Source: Bugula neritina
Lineage: Eukaryota; Animalia; Bryozoa
Assembly: GCA_964035545.1 (NCBI GenBank)
Contig: CAXIUT010000153.1
Location: 1 to 20,970 of the forward strand
Reading direction: 5' to 3'
Length of the DNA: 20,970 nucleotides
Both the position numbers and the translations under genes were made by a program. Under the pieces are notes generated by a model. It saw only the letters and a list, made by a program, of their open reading frames with translations, was not told where the DNA came from and did not search any database. Positions 10,911 through 20,970 of the stretch are shown piece by piece. Position 1 is the first letter of the stretch, and each line of letters starts with the position of its first letter.

Positions 10911-12896
10911 TCATATTTATCTTTGTTCTGGTCTGCAATAATCTAGCTATAAAAATTTAAATATCTCCTCTTCTGTTTTCATCAAAGGAATATCTCCTCC
11001 TTTGTAGATCTTTTTTATCCCGTTTCGTTATTTCTTCTTTAGACCGTGATCTGACAGTAACAAACCTTTGTTGTGTGCTACCATACGCATTTGTCTGTTG
11101 AATAGGTCACTACCTGTGAAGTACATCATTGCGAAGGCGTACTGGTTGACAGGATAATGTTTTATGTCTATTCTGTGGTGTTGTCCTTAGAAGTAGCAGA
11201 CTCCCATGTATGCGGAATTGTTTCTTCCATCGAATTTGCGAGGATGAGATAGACTTTATGTGATAAACTTTTTTTTTTATAACTAAAATACCAAATTTTG
11301 AAGTAATTTTGGCTAAATTGAACTATCATGACGGCATATTAGAATGTCAATGTCACCGCAAGTTGGTTTTTTACGACGATATGAACCAACTACCTAGACA
11401 TGATGAGTTTTGTTGGTGAGAACTAGTCTGTAAAATATTTATTTAAAACATTAGAAGATACGGGTAACTTTATCTCTTGGTATTCTTTTAGAAAACTACT
11501 AGAAATATTTAAGACCGACTGATATATTTTTAGAAATGAGATCTGGTCTTTTTTTGAGGTCATCTACTGTTTTGATTCCCATTTAATAGAACTATTGTGC
11601 TTTTTTGTATCCTATGCCCCATACTTTTTATAGCTATTTGCATACGCTAATATCACCTTTTTTTTGCATTCTTTGAACTTTACTTAACATTCCATTTTTT
11701 AGTATTTATCTTATTTTTTATACCATCCCTTTGGACACTCCTTCTATCTACTTAACATCATCGGCATCAGTGATTTCTTTATTATGTCTTCGAATGGCTC
11801 CAATGGTTCTGATGTATAGATGTGATCTCACATCGTTTTGTCTCTTGTATATCTATTGCATTTAATTTAATTTTTGACAAATGAAGTCATTACGTTTGAA
11901 ATAATGACTTTGTAAATTTTTAGGTGGGGCAAACCATATCATCTTCCGGTCTGATTTTGGCTACCAAGGAACCAAAGGGTCAGCTTAGATTGATTCACCC
12001 AATCTGCTATCAGACAGTACTGTCTTCATATTGTATTTTGATGGGTTTTATTTGATTGAGATCTATTGTTATACATTTGTTTTCTATTATTTATATTATT
12101 ATTATTCGATATTTTTATATATGATTTATTATTCTTATTTATTTTGCAGGAATTGAGGTTATACTTTATGATATCTATTGTTATTATTATTTTTATATTG
12201 ATTTTAAGGATCGATATATGAGCTGCTTTCCTAAATATCTTAAAACTAATCCTAGTCAAATGCTTTGATTCCTTTTTGACTAAGTTACTCATAGCTGGCT
12301 TCTTATGAAATCAATTTAATGATTTAATCGATTTAGGGTTTATTTTATAATTTGGGTCTTATATGTTTATCATTCAACTCTTAAGCCTACAACTTCTATT
12401 TGGCAACTGATAAAGAATTGATCTAATTGTGATAGTTTTAACTATTATCATACAATATATAATCTTGAATTCTCATCCTTTTCAACCTTTTTAAACTATC
12501 GACAATGAATTGATAACTTATTATCAACTAATACCTCAAATATTCAGATATTCTGGTTCTAATAGCATTGATATCAGATTTTTATGAAATAATGACTAGT
12601 TTAGCATATTATTGATTCATTTTTTATGTAAATTAAATGATCTTGCCTCCCTGCATAAATATGCCACGAACCAAATCAGTTACTTCTTAGTTTTTTGGAT
12701 CATTTTATTCGTCTAAAAGAGGCAAACATAGAGATAGATGCTGGAATATGCCGCTATTGGATATTTAGTTATTTTTTGATAGATCTTTTACCTTTCGAAT
12801 TATGGGAATTTTTGGTTCAGGTTATGCTTGTTTTTGCTTTATAGGAATAGCTGCTTTTAGTGTTTTTATGTGTTCTAGCAAGTTCATGTGATTCAT
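10911..12896 (-). CDS. POLL: X-family DNA polymerase, Pol lambda-like (BRCT + 8-kDa lyase domain + polymerase)
   Basis: Uninterrupted 661-aa ORF. BRCT-like GIFQHL..GGKII..FIVDSL; lyase HhH GVSKGMVEKIREIL; VWGIG; GLKYFEEFSKRIPR; GSYRRK..GDIDIL; YMGVC; RIDI; YFTGSDLFNRQMR; LSDHGL; TEEEIF..Y..PEQR. Confidence 0.92.
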
Positions 12897-13010
12897 TTGT
12901 TTGTATGTTTATAATTGAAGCGGGTGCTATGTTTAAAATCAATTCTCATTTTTTTGGAGTACTCAAAATATCAAATTATTAATTATCAATTTAAATAAGA
13001 CTGTATTTAA

Positions 13011-13073
13011 CAACTTATCACCCTTTAATATCAACTTATCACCCTTTAATATCAACTTATCACCCTTTAATAT
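13011..13073. repeat. 21-bp perfect tandem repeat x3
   Basis: CAACTTATCACCCTTTAATAT at 13011, 13032 and 13053, upstream of the PolX start. Confidence 0.92.
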
Positions 13074-13147
13074 CAAAAACCCTTATTATATATAGTAATG
13101 ATAGTAGGAATAGATGAATTGACTTGAATGAATCAAAATGTAGTAAA

Positions 13148-13894
13148 TCAGCTTTTTTTCAATAAGCATACTTTGTCTTTTTGCAATCTTTTTCTCAAAA
13201 ATCCATCTTCCAGCTCCTAGATAAATATCTACACGTATTTCATAAACTTTCCCTTATCTTTTATTTTCTTTCCCTCAATGTAGGCATTTAATTTTCCTTA
13301 TTGAATTTGTTTTAAGGTTTAGGCAGCCAAATACTTTCTGGCCTAGGTGTAGAGATGCTATCCACTATTTTATACTATTTTTATAAATCCGTATTATTTT
13401 AGTTCTTTTTCTATTATTTTATGCTAGTTTCTTTCTCCAAGTAAATAGTGTAATACTTTTTTGGTTGTTACGTGTGATTGCTTGAATGTTTTCCACAGTT
13501 GGCTTGCCACCTTCTCATGCTCTTATGCCTTTTTATCTCCTGAGTGAATCACTATTGAATTTTTAAGACAAAGAGTCAAGTGCTTTTGGAAGTTATGGAA
13601 AGAGGAAGAATTAAATCTACCTTGGACTGATAGCTAATACTCATCATCAAGCGACAATGAACTGGAAGATAGTAAACTTTAAACTGGAGAGGTTGGTTTT
13701 GGTTGTTAGTTTTTGATGAGAGGTTATTGTTTGATGGGTTAGTTTTGGATGAGGAATTGATCGAGGTATTTATTGGAGTCACCGCGTTGCAGGTATGGTA
13801 GTTCTTGTGGGAGTTCTTACTCTTTGAGTGAGTCTTGAACAACTTGGGTGTGATTTTACTAGAAGAAGATGCCTATTCCTTCTGGTTGTGACAT
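13148..13894 (-). CDS. hypothetical protein (248 aa)
   Basis: Uninterrupted ATG-to-TGA ORF in table 30 (MSQPEGIGIFFEENHTQVV...); no motif recognised. Confidence 0.7.
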
Positions 13895-14269
13895 ACTAAA
13901 TTAATTATACCACTGAAATAACTTTTAAACATTTACACTAACTTATTTTATCAATTCTGATTAGAATTATTCTACCAGTGACTATACAATTAAATCTAAT
14001 ATAAAAGAAATCATAGATGAAAAAGAGTCATAAAGGCAAGTAATGACTTAATATTTACTATGACATCATATAAAAAATAATCAAATAATTCTTTTTGATT
14101 TTAAGATCAAATGGTCAGAATATGTCAGTAATCATTCTTTTGCTAAAAGTATAAGTCATTGATATATTGATGCAATTGACTCCATATTTCTAGTATTAAT
14201 AATTCTCATATAAATAGCTAATCAGAGAATATTAAGATTGATCATATCAAATATTTAATTATAATTAAG

Positions 14270-15819
14270 ATGCCCCTCAACAACCAAAAGGAGTACATAT
14301 AAATCCCCCTATCAATCGAAGACACACCTCTCCTTCTCTTCTAAAAACTAAACCCGCCTAAACACCCATCAGATCCCATCGAACTCGGGCTCCACCTTAT
14401 AACCAACATCGACTAAGCCATCAGGTCATCAGACAACACCTCCTTATTGAACATTTACTTCAACTAGTTCTAAATAGCCAATTCTAGTAATTTTGTCTAG
14501 AAAGATTGGCCGGCAGTGCATGAAATATAGAGTATGATTCGTTGAATATTTAGTGCAATATGAGTAGAAAGATTTCGGAGCTAAAGTTCAGACGATTTAT
14601 AATGAGCTAAGGTTGAGGAATCAGTTTTAGAGAAGTAGAAAAGGTGCAGAGAAGTAGTTTGTGGATGTAACAGATTATAGTTGGTAAAACTACTAGTCTA
14701 TTTTGGAAAGATAGTGCAAATAAATATCGTTTCCACCTCTTGTCATCTGGGTACCTACTATCATATCAAGAATATATTTTAAAATTTCCTTTATCAGTTC
14801 AGTAAATACCATTAAACCAAACCTTCCTTCACATTGTAGGTCGATAACTCTATTTTCAATATCGAACGCACTAAAGAGTTATTGTCACAGTTGATACTAT
14901 TGATTCCAGCAGAGGCAACTAAAAATCCAAGTAGCAAGTAGACTTCTGGATATTTTGCCTTACTTGCTTCAGCATCGATTGAACTCTACCAAGGTAACTA
15001 CAAATAAGCCCTATCTCTCCTTTCTAGGATCTCTTTGCAACATCTTGCCGCATATTCTAGAGCAATAGGCGCACTTCTTCATTTATTTTTGCTTACCAGC
15101 TATAGCTACTTCATGCTCGAGCAATACAAATAGTCAGCTAGGGTAGTAGAGATGATATTGCTATTTTACCAAAAGAACAAAAAATATTTTAGCGGAGTGA
15201 AAGGCTAGCAAGCAACTATTAAACAGTTTGAGCAGTTGGCCAGTTTACTATGTCTGGATTATATATTTTTATAGTAAAAACCTAAATCAATAATTCTCTA
15301 GTTATTCAAAACAGTATTAATAAAGTTAAAAGACAAGCAGAACAAGTAAAAACTATATGACAAATATATAAAACTCAAACAAAAAGACCAGCACTCTCTT
15401 AACAAGCTATTCCTTTACATATCTTTGCCTTCCTTTAATGGAGTACTTTATTATCTATTTAGATCGATCAGATAAGCGAGATGGTGGGCATTCGCTTTAC
15501 TTCTGTGCATAATTTGACACTAAACACTGTTTTGCAGCACTATACTCAGATATCGATTGACAAGTTGTCAAAGATGTTGAAGGTGGGGCAGTAGGAAGTG
15601 ATGCACCAGTTGGAGTCGTTTAATAATGTATCTGCTGGTTCTGGGCCATGGGATGTGACTATTATGCAGCCTTTGCTTAGTCAAACCAGAAAAGTGCAGG
15701 TGTCAGTGGTAGATGGAGTTGTCCAGTTGGATACAGAATAAATACTAGATAGCAATAACTAGTGGGAACAGTATCATAAAGAAATTGCATGGCTTGTCTA
15801 AAAAGTCGATGCTGTCTGA
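14270..15819 (+). CDS. EIF3L: eukaryotic translation initiation factor 3 subunit L (divergent; three introns)
   Basis: After splicing 14532-14553, 14751-14770 and 15443-15462, the motifs are colinear with eIF3L: IYNELRLR, SWENY, PLVIW|NIFENFLYQF (cf. WLWDIIDEFIYQF), GYFALL..GNYKEAL, YFMLEQY, IKQFEQL, HYTQISIDKL; TGA 15817-15819. Confidence 0.8.
14532..14553 (+). other. 22-nt intron
   Basis: GTATGATTCGTTGAATATTTAG; removal restores the eIF3L frame. Confidence 0.75.
14751..14770 (+). other. 20-nt intron
   Basis: GTACCTACTATCATATCAAG; removal joins the conserved eIF3L motif W|NIFENF. Confidence 0.88.
15443..15462 (+). other. 20-nt intron
   Basis: GTACTTTATTATCTATTTAG; removal restores the frame. 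Confidence 0.82.
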
Positions 15820-15935
15820 TATATATAACTCAACTGTTGTATCAAATGTTTTTATAGTAGTGATAATAGTAGTGATTTAATAGTAGTTATACTAGTAATG
15901 ATAATTAAATAATGCAAATAGCAATAATAATAACA

Positions 15936-17816
15936 TCATAGTAGCAATTAGTGAGCCAGATCCATGGGAGATATTCTATATGTACCAAAAACCATCGACG
16001 CTAATAACAAATAAAAAGTTTTACTTCTTCTGGGATAACTCCAAAGCAACTATCTCTGCAAGGCATTATTTTCTAAAAACCCATTTTCTTACAACCACTT
16101 CCACACAACATCTGACACCAACTACCTTGTTTAGCTTTAGATAGTAATTTTTAGTCTATCTTCTAGTTAGTCTTTGAAATAATCTTAATCTTTGATTTTG
16201 AAGAAATCTTCGACAAAAGAACGAAGTATTTGATAGCTATCTGCCTGATTGACTAGTATTTTTAGATATTTAGAGGTTAGTATTTGTAGTTATGCAAAAT
16301 GTTTCCATTCGATAGTGATTTATTAGTGATTGCCTGGTATTTTACTATCGATTACAGTCTATATAATTTCTTTTAATTTGATCCGATGAAAATCACTATC
16401 GACCAACCCTTTCAATACCCCATGATATTTCATCAATACTCCACAAGTTATTTCTTACTCACCAATATTTTTGTTTATCTTTTTGCTCAATTGGTTGTAA
16501 TATAAAAACTATTTTTTTATTGATTATTTTATTTGTTTTTGTTACAGGTTGAAATGGAAGTAATAAAGAAGTGGTGGATTTGATCGACTTGTAGGTTGCT
16601 AGACATTTTACTAACGCCAAATGGACTATCTTGATTTTGAACGAATGGGTGGGTCGATGTTTGGAGTTAGAATGGTTGTGAGGTTGTTTTTGCTTCTTTA
16701 TTTTTTTAGTTATAGTAATTCAAAGGCTTTACCTAGTGATTTCCTTTTATTCTATTCGTGTTGTTGGATATTGCTATGATAGTTAATGCTATTTTAATCG
16801 TATTTACCAGGCACAACTTATTTTCTAAAATATTTTCTCAACTTGCCCACAAAGCCCTTCTTCTCCATCTAATCATCATACTACCCCACTAGACTGATAT
16901 AGTTTTAGTATATCTAGTTGACATTGAAGGAAGAATCTACCACATATAGCTTTTTAGTATTAAAAGGAATATCAACCATATCTTTGACTATTTATCCATT
17001 CGATAGCAGCAGTGTTAGATTGGTGAGGGGTTGATGTATTTTGGATGATATTAGTTTATTGATTTGTAGGATTAGATTTTATAGCAAACTCGTTCTGATG
17101 GTTTTAGTTGGTATGCAGTATGCTTTTATCAGTGTGAAGAGATATTTTAGCCAATATTTACTTCTGCTAATATAATTTTGCATCAATTATATCAGTTAAT
17201 TAGTATTGTTTATCTACCAAAATTAGTCAGGCCAGTTATTCCTATCGACAAAACTATCAAGCATTCCACTCTTGACCAAAGGCTTAAGATATTTGAGGAT
17301 GATGCTATTGAGTTAATGATTTTTATGTGATATTTTTTTATTGAAGTATAATTTGAAGTATGATTATAAACTTATACTAATAGTTGCTTCTTTTATATCT
17401 TTATAGTCCCTTATCAAATGCAATCCTACTATTTATACCTGACCATACCTGAACGAACACTATTTTTTATTTTATACTGTCTAGTGCTGTGATATGCTGT
17501 CTATTTTCTTTGATTCGCTTAGTTAGTTGTGATGTTAGAGAGGGGAGTCGATCGTTCTGTACATTTTTATCAACCTTGTGGAGTTGTCGCTTAGTTTGCG
17601 ACTGCTGACTATCGATGATGGGCTTATTTGGGATAGTTTATGTTCTGTTTTCATGCTCATTAATCTCTTTCTATTAGTTATGTGGCTATCTGGGTAAGAT
17701 ATAGTCGAGTGAGTTGTTTTGGTTTACTGGAATTGTTGGGTAGGGAGAGTGCGACCTGCAAGCGGTGAGATAAAATGTTTTTGTTTTGATTTTGTTATCA
17801 AAGGAAGTAAGTTCAT
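15936..17816 (-). CDS. hypothetical protein (626 aa)
   Basis: 1881-nt uninterrupted ORF from ATG 17816 to TGA 15936 in table 30, with protein-like composition. It is absent from the supplied ORF track. Confidence 0.8.
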
Positions 17817-17861
17817 AAAATTATTTATCAGCTAAGTTATATTATTACAAAACAACCAAAT

Positions 17862-17927
17862 ATGATATTCTTAATCAAAATAATGATATTATTTAATCAA
17901 AATAATGACATTCTTTAAATCATAATA
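17862..17927. repeat. degenerate 21-23 bp tandem repeat x3
   Basis: ATGATATTCTTAATCAAAATA / ATGATATTATTTAATCAAAATA / ATGACATTCTTTAAATCATAATA. Confidence 0.75.
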
Positions 17928-17969
17928 ATAAGGATGATATTTTACTACTTAATAATAAAAATAACAAAT

Positions 17970-19036
17970 TCACCAGCCTTTATTATGTTTATAAGCTATC
18001 AATATTTTTAACTTATTTCTGGCAGATGATTCCTAATGCACTTTGCTTTTAATTTTTTAAAGCGACCTCTTAATCGTTGCTGCTTTTTATCCATTTTTAT
18101 TTTGAAACTAAATAAAGGCCAACTAATTCATTTTCTTTTATATCAGCATCAATATTTTATAAACCTGTTTAATTAAATCCATTTCCTATATTAGCTATCC
18201 TTCTTTGACTTTTTAAACTTCCATTTCTTGTTTTATTTTTTTAATTTACCTTTATCGATTCATATTGATTTAGTTGGTTCTATAGATTTGTTTAGCTTTT
18301 CTTCCTTACTCTCTGTACATTCTTAACAAAAACAATTTGGCTAGCATGTCTGCCCTTCTCTAGATTTATACATTGGATGGAAATCTTCTAGTACTAAATT
18401 ATATCTTATTCTAGTCCATGAATTACAAATCATATCTTCTTATTTTCTTCTATTGCCTATGTTATATCCTAAATACTACAACACCATCTTCAGATCGTTG
18501 ACGTCGTATTTGATCTCTTTGAAATTGATGTATTTTTGGTCGGGAATAAATGACTAGTTTTGACCTATTTTCTATTTTTTATGCTTGTTGCGAATGTAGT
18601 TTATGCTTTTGAAAACGGGTTCTCCTGAAAGAGATTTTTCGTTGTAACAATTTTATATCAAATATGAAAAATCATATTCGCCTATTGTCACTGTACTCTT
18701 CTACTTATCCTTCTTATCCTATCTGTAGTGCTTGTATGTCTTTATATTTATTGCGCTGATATATGTCGACTATTATTGCAAACTAAATGATCGATTATTA
18801 TACAGTTTTTCGAGGAGATCTTGGCGATTGAGCAGTTAGTTGACGTTATGTTTGAGGGAGTCGTATAGAAATTGGTATTGCTATTTTTGGATGCGAGAGA
18901 TAGGTAGTTTGCCGAATATCTAGTATACTGTCTAAAACTAACCCAGTTATCGCATCTACCTATACGATTTCATCACCATCTATTCTACTAGCTAGTCTTT
19001 CTGGGTTATTGATTACTTTATCTCTTACTTTATCAT
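17970..19036 (-). CDS. hypothetical charged/coiled-coil protein (348 aa, one 20-nt intron)
   Basis: ATG 19036; two long open frames are joined by removing GTATTTAGGATATAACATAG (18457-18476); TGA 17970. Confidence 0.7.
18457..18476 (-). other. 20-nt intron
   Basis: GTATTTAGGATATAACATAG; removal joins two open frames. Confidence 0.65.
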
Positions 19037-19280
19037 GTTAATCTTATATTATGAATTCGATCATTTATCTGATTCAATGAATATATTAACAATAGTTTAA
19101 ATATGGTCTTTCAATTCCTATTTAAAACTAAGTAGTTGAGTAGTAGTCAATGATGAACTGCTACAACTCTTTACTCTTCTTTCCTAAAACATATTATAGA
19201 CATTTAACCTTTGATGATGATTTTGAGTAATGATATAAATGGATTGATTTAAATCCTGTTGATAATAATTACTTCACCAA

Positions 19281-19776
19281 ATGGCTTAATAAGGATCTCA
19301 ATATTTCTTCGGATACATCGGCGTTGCATCAGCTCTCGTCTTTGCCAACCTCGGAGCTGCCTACGGGTCAGCTAAAGCAGGAGTAGGTATCTGCTCCATG
19401 GGCGTCCTTAAACCAGAACTCATCATGAAATCTGTAGTACCCGTCGTCATGGCCGGTATTCTGGGTATCTATGGTATGATCGTTGCCGTCATCATCGTCC
19501 AAAGAAGTATCCTATCTTCTATTCAGTTGGCACTGATTACACAGACAAGTCAGCCTACGCCCATTTGGCTTCAGGACTCTGCTGTGGGTTCAGTTCTCTG
19601 GTACAAATTTAACTAGGTAGGCGGCTGGACTGGCTATCGGGATAGTGGGAGACGCAGGAGTTAGAGCAAATGCTCAACAAGACAAGATCTTTGTGGGAAT
19701 GATTTTGATTCTTATCTTCGGAGAGGCTTTAGCTTTGTACGGATTGATCGTCTCCCTTATCCTCACATCGCAGTGA
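19281..19776 (+). CDS. ATP6V0C: V-type H+-ATPase 16-kDa proteolipid subunit c (151 aa, two 20-nt introns)
   Basis: [59 protein letters not shown]|[44 protein letters not shown]; introns 19507-19526 and 19601-19620; TGA 19774-19776. Confidence 0.97.
19507..19526 (+). other. 20-nt intron
   Basis: GTATCCTATCTTCTATTCAG; required for the conserved V-ATPase c frame. Confidence 0.93.
19601..19620 (+). other. 20-nt intron
   Basis: GTACAAATTTAACTAGGTAG; removal joins the conserved SSL|AAG exactly. Confidence 0.95.
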
Positions 19777-19927
19777 TTCGTAGTGATAGATTCACCCATA
19801 AATTTAACCACCCATTCCTATCATTACATACATAGACATCATAGACATAAATACTAACAAGAAACTACTAACAAGACAACGACTATGAACAAGATAACTA
19901 CTATTAAGAAGATAACCATTTAAACAA

Positions 19928-20842
19928 TCAAAATCGACTTCTTCTCGTCTGTTTTCCATAGATTTTGAATGCTTCTTGAGTCTTTTCCAGTGCTTTCTCT
20001 AATCTTTTCTTCAAACTATCTTCTCTGGCTTCTGGCTAGTTTAGTTTATAACTAGTGGTCATTGAACAGTTAAAAGATGATTTGTGTATTTTGGGTCTAA
20101 CTTATTCTGTCCCAATGACTGAATGTCTAGTCTTTTCAGAAGTAATTGATTACTAAGATTGTTGAGAAAGTATTTAGTTTTTAGGTTGTCCTTTCTCTTC
20201 TGGACTGATAGAACGACCTCGACTTGATCCTCCTTTGCTTCTTCTATTTTTTCTTCTATTCAGCCGACTTTAAATTTCCGTTATTTTTTTATCCAACCTT
20301 GTGGAATAGTCTGACAACTAGGAAGATGCTCTTTTATTGACACTGATATTTTCCATGAGTTTATCGATTTGATTTTGGTATTATGCTTTTAGTTGGTATC
20401 TTTAGTGTTCGGGTACTATTTAAAATCTACAATTAAGAGCCAATTTAGGTTAATATTAACTACTAATTCCAATATCTTCTATTTTGATGGCTATTTTAAT
20501 GCCTAGCTATGCCAATTTGCATCCCAGCTAATTTAATTTTTATTTGATCATATTAACAAACTGATTCTCATTCAATTTGGCATGTCTGCTTAGATTGTCT
20601 TAGATGTACTAGTAATCAATAACGAATCCTTTGCCTTTCTTTTATACTATTCTCTACATCTATATTGTATAGGGCAGTTAGTGTGAAATTAAGAAGTTAA
20701 TGTTAGCTTGGACTTTATGGTAATCTTATTGGTCGTGGGTGGGTATTTGGCGACGGATTGTTACTTTTTGTATTTGGTGTTTTGGACCTTAGAATGGGTA
20801 GGGGTGGCTGCTGGTTATTTCGATTATGTATTGTTTTGGCAT
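19928..20842 (-). CDS. hypothetical protein (304 aa), telomere-adjacent
   Basis: Uninterrupted ORF from ATG 20842 to TGA 19928 in table 30. Confidence 0.75.
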
Positions 20843-20889
20843 GTTTATTATCTAATTATCTTATTTTATAGATAAAAGTAATAGATTAA

Positions 20890-20970
20890 GGGGTTGGGGT
20901 TGGGGTTGGGGTTGGGGTTGGGGTTGGGGTTGGGGTTGGGGTTGGGGTTGGGGTTGGGGTTGGGGTTGGG
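20890..20970 (+). repeat. telomere (TTGGGG)n, macronuclear chromosome end
   Basis: 13 GGGGTT units plus GGG run to the window end, with the G-rich strand pointing 5'->3' toward the terminus. This is the Tetrahymena-type T2G4 repeat. Confidence 0.98.

Noticed and set aside
13686-13700. GGAGAGGTTGGTTTT, a 14/15 match to the Tetrahymena chromosome breakage sequence consensus
   Set aside because: It lies inside an intact ORF (encoding PKPTSP), the chromosome is unbroken here, and the code indicates the organism is not Tetrahymena. Probably chance.
14-19616. The supplied ORF track taken as 20 small genes
   Set aside because: It treats TAA/TAG as stops and ignores introns. Its entries are fragments of larger genes, or wrong-frame or antisense shadows (e.g. 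12026-12292, 13576-13842, 10199-10411).
19281-19776. Avoidance of UAR codons in the conserved core of V-ATPase c
   Set aside because: The gene has only four Glu codons (two TAA, one GAA, one GAG), too few to support a claim.
19820-19918. Degenerate short repeats between convergent genes (also 15855-15905)
   Set aside because: Low-complexity slippage-type sequence with no consistent unit or structure.
1-20842. Standard ciliate code (UAR=Gln, table 6) or a split code (UAA=Lys, UAG=Glu)
   Set aside because: TAA itself sits at invariant Glu sites (DIDET, LPET, NELxPT), and conserved Gln sites use CAA/CAG (PTQ, GRYQ, NAQQ).

Overview
AT-rich, gene-dense end of a ciliate macronuclear chromosome, capped at 20890-20970 by (TTGGGG)n telomere repeats. 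The supplied ORF track uses the wrong genetic code. In-frame TAA and TAG both fall at conserved Glu positions, and every gene ends in TGA. This is the UAR=Glu peritrich code (NCBI table 30), so the source is probably a peritrich oligohymenophorean. Re-read in that code, the window holds four tandem SLC22-like MFS transporters, a MORN protein, an FCP1/SCP-type phosphatase, a Myb/SANT-like protein, a BRCT-containing X-family DNA polymerase (Pol lambda-like), eIF3L, the V-ATPase c subunit and several hypothetical genes. The most striking signal is a set of ten inferred tiny introns: nine of exactly 20 nt and one of 22 nt. All start GTA, end AG and carry an A six nt from the 3' end. Single-base frameshifts are confined to the left ~6.3 kb and may be sequencing errors. 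All calls are manual translation and motif recognition; no database search was run.
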